The notes beneath the pieces are model-generated. The model searched no databases and was not told the origin of the DNA. It was given only the letters and a program-made list of their open reading frames with translations. Both the position numbers and the translations under genes were made by a program. A stretch of DNA of 45,891 nucleotides, counting the filler, from Sphacelaria rigidula (lineage: Eukaryota): NCBI GenBank assembly GCA_964200075.2. It is 2 parts of 2 records of this genome, joined end to end, with 100 filler letters (N's around TTAATTAATTAA, not from the genome) between each part and the next. Parts side by side here need not be neighbours in the genome. Positions count along the whole stretch, not along the records: positions 23,006 to 45,891 come from CAXNAA020000302.1; 1 more part is not named here. One strand, written 5' to 3'. Below are positions 37,201-45,891 of the stretch, one piece after another. Each line of letters starts with the position of its first letter. The stretch's first letter is position 1.

Positions 37201-38742
37201 GCGGTGCTACGACTGACCGGAAAAAAGAAGTGTCCCTCTCCCGCACTCTCTCCCGTCGACGCATGATCATCGCTACCGCCCCCAGGGTTCGTCGACGACC
37301 ATGTTGGACTGGTGGGGATGTCGGAGTCGTCTCTGCAGTCGTGCAGTGACATATCTGAAAGTGTGCGTGTTTCATAGAGTTCGAGGGGCAGTAATCACGG
37401 CGGAAAGGACGGGATGAACGGGGGCAGGAGGGGGGGGGGATCAACCTCAACAGTGCTGCTATATGCCCACTCCGCAGTTGGTAACATCGAAGCCTTCAGA
37501 CGGTCTCGGGTTTTTTCTTTACATAATTTCCAACAGTGTAAGAGCGACTACCGCGTGGGAACATAAACGGTCGACTTCAAGTCGACGAGGGAAGGGGACC
37601 GCTGAACCCTTCTTGCAGTGACAAATAACCACAGAAGGGAGATACATGGAGTACTGAGAAAAGAAAAAAGAAGAACACTCCTGTGCTGACCTCCCTCTCG
37701 TGTGAGCCCCGCTGATGGGCCCACATACACCGGAAAGTGTAGACTGGCGTGCAGAATCGATGGGATGGCAACACACACATGTTTTGATCAGAGAAAAAGG
37801 AATCGCGTTCTCAGCCGCATGAAGCTCGCACTTTTTGGAGGGAAGCATGTGGAAACTGCCCAGACAGCGCCGTTAGCCCTCGGCCCGTGAATAAGTCATG
37901 GCAAACCCGCGTTATCTTTGACCGCAAATCAGCAACACAAACCCGAACCGCAGAACAAGGTAGTATTTCGACATTTTTCGGACCACGGTAAGCAGGCACC
38001 CGAGGATATTCCTTGCCTTTATCTTCCGGGCAAGAAGGGGGCTTTGCGGGAGACGGCAGCAGCAGACGGTCACTGCCGCCGCCACCGTCGTTCGACATCG
38101 GAGGAGTTCCGACCGAGAACGAGGCAGAGTCTTGTCCCGTCATCGAGGGGGCGTGATGCTCGTCACCGTCGAAGTCCGCTGCTTGAGTTCTCAGCACCGG
38201 ATCTTGACTCCTGGGGGTACTTCCCCCCGAAGATTCGGTTTCTGGTGAGAACGCCCCGCCTGGAGAGAAGGGCAAATCAAATAATTCAAAGAGTCAATTT
38301 GGATTTATATATCGCAAAGGCTACACATATGGGGTATAACACTCTGAAATGGATATTTCAGTGTGCCGCAGCACCGGCACAAACACGGTACGGAAGTACG
38401 GGGCGAAATTCGGATACATGCTACATCAAATATATCGACAAATTCATAGATGGGCAACTTTTGCAACGGTAAATGCTTCGACTAGCCTCACCGGGGGGGG
38501 ATTTCGTGATACTCTCATCCAAACGTGGGTTGACGATTTCTCCAGCACAGCTCGTTACCTGAAAAAGGAGTTTCTGGCGCCTGGAGAACCGTTCCTGAGG
38601 AAGCAGGTCCAGCCCGGAGCATGTCCCCCGCTTCCGGGAAGGGTGCGGGGCCTCCGCCGCCAGATGTCGTAGAGCAAGAAGAGCTGGATGAAATTCGTTT
38701 GAAAGGTCGATAGGCCGGTGGCATCGCGGATGGCATATGTCC
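30236..38742 (-). CDS. Multi-exon gene: ~1310-aa uncharacterised low-complexity protein with AT-hook-like motif and polyQ (putative nuclear regulator)
   Basis: Thirteen exons with matching phases give a 3945-nt open frame ending in TAG: 38742-38559, 38259-38017, 37354-36426, 35932-35751, 35319-35187, 34967-34903, 34584-34461, 34130-32781, 32331-32165, 31975-31831, 31407-31165, 30943-30860, 30331-30236. First in-frame ATG is at 38736. Motifs: PRGRGRPR, RRKKR, KKAKRR, KKRAR, polyA, polyQ. Confidence 0.8.
30860..30943 (-). CDS. Gene 2 exon (TWNSTNSGG...LEAM)
   Basis: tcacag acceptor after a pyrimidine tract; atg|gtgcgt donor. Confidence 0.7.
31165..31407 (-). CDS. Gene 2 polyQ exon (VSQVIGDQ...GGPQ)
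   Basis: gaacag acceptor, cag|gtgacg donor; CAG/CAA tract. Confidence 0.8.
31243..31296 (-). repeat. Coding CAG/CAA repeat (Q18)
   Basis: Lies in frame in a gene 2 exon. Confidence 0.9.
31831..31975 (-). CDS. Gene 2 exon (DLLELVHAVHVLTNYE...MIEEQ)
   Basis: cacaag acceptor after a pyrimidine tract; cag|gtgagc donor. Confidence 0.75.
32165..32331 (-). CDS. Gene 2 exon (AANVRAPMHGEEY...GEK)
   Basis: ttctcag acceptor; phase-2 donor gg|gtgggg chosen for frame continuity, so the 3' boundary is uncertain. Confidence 0.65.
32781..34130 (-). CDS. Gene 2 large exon (450 codons, G/S/N/A-rich)
   Basis: aaacag acceptor, ggg|gtaagt donor; corresponds to the 482-aa ORF. Confidence 0.9.
34461..34584 (-). 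CDS. Gene 2 exon (SMVRFCHETG...LQAILK)
   Basis: ttgtgcag acceptor, aag|gtgcgt donor (phase 2-0). Confidence 0.85.
34903..34967 (-). CDS. Gene 2 exon (NYKNYVLLFHKGDAQFHVLQL)
   Basis: gtgcag acceptor, aa|gtgaga donor (phase 0-2). Confidence 0.8.
35187..35319 (-). CDS. Gene 2 exon (YFCGASD...ILRKE)
   Basis: ttcgccag acceptor, gag|gtatgt donor (phase 2-0). Confidence 0.85.
35751..35932 (-). CDS. Gene 2 exon (GGSMNG...EVRIGIIKY)
   Basis: tttccag acceptor, ag|gtgact donor (phase 0-2). Confidence 0.8.
36426..37354 (-). CDS. Gene 2 exon (S/D-rich, AT-hook-like, NLS-like)
   Basis: ctttcag acceptor, gct|gtaagt donor; corresponds to the 315-aa ORF. Confidence 0.9.
37465..37775 (+). mobile_element. 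SINE family B copy, box B deleted (intron of gene 2, antisense)
   Basis: Head gcagttggtaacatcgaagcctt matches 44377-44399 but lacks the GGTTCGAATC segment; body and 3' end match 11190-11427. Confidence 0.8.
38017..38259 (-). CDS. Gene 2 exon (GAFSPETESS...CPEDK)
   Basis: ttctctccag acceptor; probable GC donor aaag|gcaagg; phase 1-1. Confidence 0.7.
38559..38742 (-). CDS. Gene 2 exon (GHMPSAMPPAYRPFKR...PFS)
   Basis: ttttcacag acceptor, cag|gtaacg donor (phase 1). Confidence 0.7.
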
Positions 38743-41700
38743 CTGTGAAAAAAGTAGTGGCGATGACATGGAGGGTCGAAAAGCAAGAAAGAAGGCCTTC
38801 AAGCTGAGAAGTTGACGAGATCGGTTTGAGGGTTGACGCATCTCACATCGAGCTGTCAGCACTCGTCACATGAGCTGGGAGCGTACCTTCAGTATGTTCC
38901 ATCTACCCGAGTCTAGCAAATGCTGTGACTGTCACATGTGGCGACATCCATTCAAAATCTTGGCAGAACAAAATATAAATCCGCGCTGCGCTCTCGATCA
39001 TGATCAACGTTACTTTCGTGGATGAGCCGGAGGCCAGATACACCGGAGGGGCCTCGTCATCTTTCAAGAAATCCCTCCGATAAAGTAACATTTTCGGCGA
39101 AATAGATTTGTCCGCTCCTCGTTGTGAATATGACAGGTTTTCGTTTGTCGACGCTCGATGTTTTCAAGAAGGGGGGTTTGTATGGACGCGCAAACGACGT
39201 TGAACACCTCGGGATGACTTGCGCTTGCCTCTAGCAGAAATGTGGCCCACAGATGCTAATCTTTTGTGCACATCATCAACCTCTGGAGAGGATTGAGGTG
39301 TAAATTTCCATCCATACACCATTACCACGCATCCCATGTACGAGTAATCAGGATTCGTGGATATCCATGAGATGTCCAGAGGGCGCGGACACGTTGGAAC
39401 TGATCTTCGCGACCTGATCTACTTGTTCTACTTTGATCTGTTTCGTGAACTCACACTTTGTCCGTCAGCAAATCCGTTCAAGAACTCGGAGAAAGCTATC
39501 GTCATGAATACCGATCCCGAGCTGGTGCTCGCTACGTAGGATCCCCTTCACGCGCCTCGATGCGGTGCGCCCCCACCTGCTCCCCGAGACGCACGAACGT
39601 GAACGGACTCTTGAGCAGAAGAACAGGTAGGGGGTTTCAGACAGCAGGTCTTTTGCTTGGCGATGAATTGCCTGAAGAACACGATCGGGTTGTACCAGAG
39701 AGAATACACGACGGATAGGAAGTGTATCTTCAAAAACAAATATTGTGCGAAGACGTGACGGCGTGATGCAACACCGACCCACTGCAATGAATGGAATCGG
39801 ACGACCATGAAAAAGTTTGAGACCAACTGTACATTTTCTTGCTGCTTCTACTCGTACCCAACATTTGTTTTTCGCCCCTTTGTTGGAAAGTGAGATGAAA
39901 CGTCCACGTCTTTCGTTTCCGTTGCCCATCTATGTACGTACTCGCGAGGGTAGATTATGATCAATTGAGGCTGTGAAAGGAACCGATTACTGGAACTGGA
40001 ATTAAAGTAGAACTAGCCACGAGGGCAATGATCCAGTCATTGTTCTGTGAGGGTAAACCCAGGTATTACACTTCAACTCAGAGTATCTATCAAAGGAAGA
40101 AATCTCACTTGTCGACAGGCGACCTGTGCGCCGCGTTTCGCGGGATCGAGACACCAGCAATGCCTCGAAAATGCCATCATGTGTACGTATTCCTTTCCAA
40201 CGGCGGATTTATTTGCGAGAGGACAACACAACCATAGACAGCATTTCCGGCATTTTTTTCCGTGTTCGCTCATCTGATTTCCCTTGAAAATAGGTGGGGG
40301 GGGGGGGGGGGGGCAGGTAAGGAGCGGTCGTAACTTCCCTACAGTTGGCGAGCGTTTTTGCAGCGGAAAAACAGTAACTGGCGTACATATGGAGTCTCGT
40401 GGAACTCACTCGGCCAACGAGGTGCTGTGCCGTCACGTCTGCTGCAACGGCTTTGGTCAAGATCTGTACGGCTTTGGAAGAGGCGTGCTGTTGCTGCTAC
40501 GTGAATCATTAATTAATTTGTGCGTTTTTCCATCATCGTGAAAGATCCGTTGGTTTCATCCCTGCGAATTGACACGGGACATTCTATCTTGAAATGAACA
40601 GTGTTTTGCTTCCGCTAGGATAGAAGACCCAATGCGGAAGTGTATAGCTATTGGGAGATAGAGGGCATTAAATTTCCGGGGGGAAAAATGGAATAATACT
40701 TCATCTCGAGGGGACCTTACGCACGGTAAAAAATCACAGGTGGGCTGAAACGGGAAACAAAAATGCCCCCAGGTTGTGCGGTGGGTGATGCAGCATCAGT
40801 TGCGACGAAAATGAAGGGTAATAATCTTCTCACGATGAGCAGGACACACGCAAAAATATGAAAATAGGATGTCACCGACGAAGACGGGGGACGCTTTCGT
40901 AGACACTTACTTGATGCCTTCGATGAGAGGTATAATCTATGTTCTGTGACTCTTGAGACCGGGTACACTGAACATACAGACGATCCCTGTGGATGCGCCA
41001 CGTAGCGCTGATGCTACCTGGCGACGTCTTCTCGAGAAGCATCAGAGGAGAGTTGGGTTGTCAAATCCAGATCTTCTATATTATGCTACTTATCCGGGCC
41101 TGTCACGCTCGGCCGTCTACTAGGAGCAGCACAGCTTGTAATATCTGTGACGAGCTCGTTGCTGTAGAACTTAGCGTGACCTTTCTCCCAAATCACAAGA
41201 TCGGGTTTCAGCGAATAAAATACGAGCATGGGAGGTTGGGCATGAATCGGGGAGAGTCCATGAGATGTGAAACACATCAACACACAAATCAATCGATGAA
41301 CACGAAGCATCTCAAATTTCAGGTCCTCGCTAGATCCAACAGTGACTGACAGTAATGAGTATATCAGGAACCAGGAGTTCGAGAGTTCTCCCTTGTTCTC
41401 CGGCTACGAGGATCAATCAAGGATTTGGCGACACACTGCTACGTGATACCGCGCAAATCCTCATGCGGGGCTACGAGAATTACATTGCGCATGCGAACGC
41501 CTGACGAATCCAGGTATTCGTAATATACACCTTGGGGTGGCATGACCGAAGGAAGGCGCGGACGTATGTACATCATATAACAGCTGGGGAAGAGGACGAT
41601 ATTGACGGTGGCCCTCCTGGAGTTTTCTCGATATTTAAAAAATGCACCGAAGAAAATCGAGTGTTTTCCGATATGCAACACTGTGGCGATCTGACAACAG

Positions 41701-44356
41701 GGCGTGCTCATGTACGGTATACGCGACGGCAGCATCATCGTAGCAGCCGATAGTAATATCTCTCCACAATAATGTCCGAGAGGGTGTGAAGAACTAGGAG
41801 GGGGTGGGGGGTTGGCAGGCAGCCCATGGCGGTTCGGGACACTTTTTCGGCAATGCTACCTAGAATGAGAAGACTGACCAGGGAATATACAGCAGGGAAA
41901 AACAGATCAGAGATGTTCTACTCAAAAGAGCGGAAGATATGACCGACTCGACACTCGTTGGGTCTCCACATCCAACACAAAGCATTATTTGCCATGTGGT
42001 GAGTGCTATCAGCCCAAGACAATCACAAGAAAACCACCGCGATGGCCAGGTGGACGGCGGAGGAGAGGGGAGGGGGAGTGCTCGGGGTGAGGGGGGGGGG
42101 GGCTGCAACATGAGGGTTTAGAAAAGAATACGGCACTTGAGGTACCGGTCAAAGAGAAGCTAAGGTGGACCCGGCTGTCACTATTTGTTACGCGGAGACG
42201 GGAGCAATGAAGAGTTCAGTTTTATACCAACTCGCCCGAACGCTGTATGGGTCCACGAGGATATTGTGGCACAAGGGCTGTCGAAAAAACGTGCGTACGA
42301 CTGTAGTGTCTTACACTACTGAACTCGACGGAACAGGGTAGTGCGATTCCAGAAGCAGTACAATACATGACACCATTACGGTGGAATAGACTACTGAACT
42401 CATTCGAGCAACAGTGGCAAGATATTCCGACCAGTCGCACGAAATGCGCAACACAGTTCAGTTGTGTTCACAGCTGTAGAACCACATGACATGCGTATTG
42501 CACATGAACTCCTTGGCCCGTTATGGTTGTCTGGCAAAGACGCTACTTGAATGGTGCCCTCACGTTAACCTCACATTACTTGCATGTACGTGACGGATAC
42601 GGAAGGCGGACGCGTGTGATGCATGTCTCACTCGGACAATTTGTTGCGTTCAAGTTCCGAAATCTGCTGGTTGTTTGCTCGGTAGCACGGGGGACCAAAC
42701 GCGATGGTGAGGCAGACATTTATGCCGAAGTCACCTTCAACACAAACGTGGGCGCAGAATGTCTCTCAAGATACAGTTGCAAAGCTACAGGTTGGGCTAC
42801 ATTCCCGAGCTGTAGAATAGCGTCCGTCCTCTTGCTGCCGCCCTACCCGTGAGAGGTGGCAAGTCACCCACCGCGCGCAGTTTCAGTGACAAACAGATAC
42901 GTCACGCCGCCCCCTCTCACTGTATGTCTACCGCAGGCACGCACACCACGCTGTTTGCTACAACTACGAGACGTTGAAGCGATCATGATACGCCACATCA
43001 CGATATTGGAGGGCGAATAAACTACACTCACGGAAAAAGGCAGGACACACCACTCACTGAATACCCCTCACCGCTCGGTTCGGTGAGTGTAGTGTAGTAG
43101 TATAAGCAGAAAGCTGGCTCCCTCCAACAGCGTGCCCGCGAGTCAAGTGGCGTAGTGCACTCTGTAACCACAGGGGGGGGGGTGAGGGGAGAATGGGGAT
43201 GGTGACGGACAAATCAGTACAGAAGAGTAAATACTTTGCACTGAAAAATACAATTTGTCTCTTGACGCTAAACTTCATCTGTGCATCAACCATTCTTACG
43301 GATAGCGTATGTCTTGTTTACCATGACCCAGGTGTCGTCTGTCATCACCATGAAGATCCCAATCTCAGCGGTGACACCAAACCACACGTGAAACGACCAT
43401 ATGCTATTCAAGGACGAACATGCGGAACCCCTACTGGTTCAGGCCACACAGAGGAGGTCTCGAAACCATTCTACTCGCGGAAATGGTTGACATTGGGTCT
43501 AATTGGGCGTGCGAGCACATCGAGACATCAAGTATTCAGAACTTATGGTTGTCTGACCTTCTTGCCTCACTGAGATCAATACAAAAAAAGAACCCGAAAG
43601 ATATGCTCCGCAGGGGTTTTTCCTGTTCTTCCGGTGGATAGTACTCTCAAAAAACAAATCCACCTCGCAACGGTGGAGTGTAGAATCATCGCCAAATTTC
43701 ACGGTCATATGTTGAACCGGCATCAATTTCACTTGAAAACAATACGGGTGATCGAGATGGACTACCCTCGTCGTTCAATAAGGGTTAAACATCAGCGGTT
43801 TTGATGTCGAACACCATATATTTTCGGATCGTTAAACGGCTAGCGATCTCGAGCAAGTGCTTGCATACTTTGCCAAGGATATCCTCTGCCCTCTGCATCC
43901 TTCGTGCCCGAGGCTCCCTACAGCGTCTATCGGTTTAGCCGTGTTAAGCACTGGGGGTTTCAACTCAAGAAATATCAAGATAGGTACGAGAAACGTGAGG
44001 ATTTGGAAGAATATTTGTTCATTACCTTTCGTTTTCATGTAGGGCACATGCCCATCCGCCTGTGCGATGGCAAGCTCCATCCAACAGCTACGTTTTTTCG
44101 GGTTTGGACACACGTGATCTCTCCGGAGATCCTAATTGCGCCTAATTGCGATGCTGTCTTGATTTTATTACATACGTCAAATACAAACATCCGTAGCTTA
44201 TTCACGACATCGAAGTAGATGACAAGATGGCATGGGGAAGCTCTTCATTACTTCCCCCAGATATTCATTAATCGTATTTTCGGGTTTGTGCTACATCACT
44301 AATGTGATGCGTACTAACGTGTCGCTTACCTCAGACATTCGTTTGCTGTTACTACT

Positions 44357-44710
44357 GGTCGCCCCGTTGGCTCATGCAGTTGGCAACCTCGAAACCTTTT
44401 GACAGTTGGGTCCTGGGTTCGAATCTCGGAACGATCTGGGAGTTTCTCTCACAGTGCCCACCAGTGGAGAGCGACTATTTTTATCTGTCGTAGGTACACA
44501 AATTTATTGGAGTTCATATTCGACGACGAAAAGAGACTGCTGAACCACTCTTGCGGTATAAAAAATAAACCCTCTCGCGAAAGAAAACGAAACGGCAAGC
44601 ACCGCAGAAGAAAGGTGGACAACTAGACCAAACAAAAAAGAAAAAAACTCCTGTGTAGACCGGCGTAGACCGGCGTCTAGAATAGATGGGACGACAACAG
44701 CAGCAACAAC
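44357..44710 (+). mobile_element. tRNA-derived SINE, family B, copy with intact head
   Basis: Box-A-like tggctcatgcagttgg and box B ggttcgaatc (44416-44425), followed by the family body and an acaacagcagcaacaac tail; no complete cloverleaf. Confidence 0.8.
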
Positions 44711-45696
44711 TGCTCGATATACCATGATTTGATTATTACGGTTGCTCTTAGCACAGTGACAATCGAAGTAGGCATATGTGAGCAATAAACACGACATCAC
44801 CCAGTGGCACGTGCTACTCTGGCGAGTTGTAGTAAGTACACGGGATACGACCGCCTGGTCGGTAGCAGAACGTTTTCTGTTTTTGATCTGGTGGTATGTT
44901 TCCCCCACTATAGTATGTGGCCTTGATTGAACGAAATCTCCATGTTTCAAACGAAAGAGTTCACAATTTCAGCAATATCAGAGGATACTTGTCCCACCCA
45001 AGAATCTCTTTCGGTTGCTTCCGAGGTACGTTAGACCTCCAGCGCGTGCTAGTGGCATGCTATAACGCAGAGCACCGCGCTCGATCTGCGCCGACCGCAC
45101 CGTTCTCTACGACAACGAGTTGACGAGAGATCATGGTCTACTCTCGCTGTGGTCATGGGCAGCATCAGGAATAGAATTGTCTCAAGTTGGGGTAGTTCGC
45201 ACGGCAATTTTAGCACATGAAAGGCGTTTGAGATGCCGAGCAGCCACCATGAAACTACAAGCCATGAATCCACGTCCGCAACTTTAGACTAAATCTTCCT
45301 GGAAAATGCACAATTTCGGCGAATCGGTGCAGACTTTCACCAGTACAAGGATCTTGGCCGATTGTGCAGTAGAAATTACCGGCGTTGGGCTACAAATTAC
45401 CATGGTCGATATTACTTGATTTGAGCCTGTACAACGACCCTCGGAATTTAGTAGGTCTGACAGTCCCGTGTGCTCCTCGCGTGCATTGTGTTTTCGTTGA
45501 AAGCCGGTAAACTAGCCTCCGACTGTGCCACCTCGACAAGAGTTACTGTGGTTTCCAAGAGGATTCCATCACACTTCCCCGGTCTTTCGTACGCTCACTC
45601 CGAGTTCGGCCAGACGAGTGATTCGTTCTACAAAGAAGCAAATCAAGATATTATTCTCTGAAGGGGGCTTTACACTTTTGTTCCAGGAGTAATGCC

Positions 45697-45891
45697 CCTC
45701 CCCCCCCCCCCTCCCCTAGTCGTTTGTTGAGGGAGGTGTATTCATGATCATGCATGCCGTAGTCATGAGACCATTGACCTCGCATCCCCACAAAGCCGGG
45801 ACGGAGCACGCCGCGTTTTCGCTGAACCAGACTCGCACTCAGTCACCAAGCGCGAAGCGCCGTGGTGTGTTGGGTGAGTCGCATGAAGGGT
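45697..45891 (-). repeat. Dispersed repeat family A (reverse, runs off the window end)
   Basis: Reverse complement of 5485-5673. Confidence 0.85.

Noticed and set aside
43190..44220. Possible LTR-retrotransposon RNase H or viral remnants
   Set aside because: Only vague resemblance; no catalytic motifs could be aligned by eye.
44357..44435. tRNA gene
   Set aside because: Has a T-loop/box B but no proper acceptor or anticodon stems, and continues into a multi-copy repeat body; it is a SINE head.

Overview
Eukaryotic, intron-rich genomic DNA. Splice-site style, long repeat-filled introns and a long UTR-like tract suggest a brown alga or related stramenopile (inference). Most ORFs in the six-frame track are spurious; I reconstructed the genes by hand from splice signals and reading-frame continuity. 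Two convergent multi-exon genes are present. (1) A + strand, 5'-incomplete gene (11 exons, 1484-20428, ~524 aa) encodes a von Willebrand A protein with an intact MIDAS motif, resembling the Sec23/24-trunk-like / circularly permutated Ras protein 1-like VWA family; all 10 modelled introns are phase 0. (2) A - strand gene (13 exons, 38742-30236, ~1310 aa) encodes a mostly disordered, probably nuclear protein with an AT-hook-like motif, basic NLS-like runs, polyA/polyQ tracts, a ~170-aa globular region I do not recognise and an acidic-aromatic C-terminus. Non-coding DNA holds tRNA-derived SINE copies, (CAAT)n-tailed retroposon ends, several MITE-like elements, a foldback-like repeat nest, a ~206-bp ~96%-identical inverted repeat, two decayed ORF-like tracts and assembly artefacts. 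I found no rRNA, functional tRNA, CRISPR array, intact transposase or viral gene. I cannot claim a clearly new biological system; the best leads are the unknown domain, the long hairpin and a possible circRNA-promoting layout.
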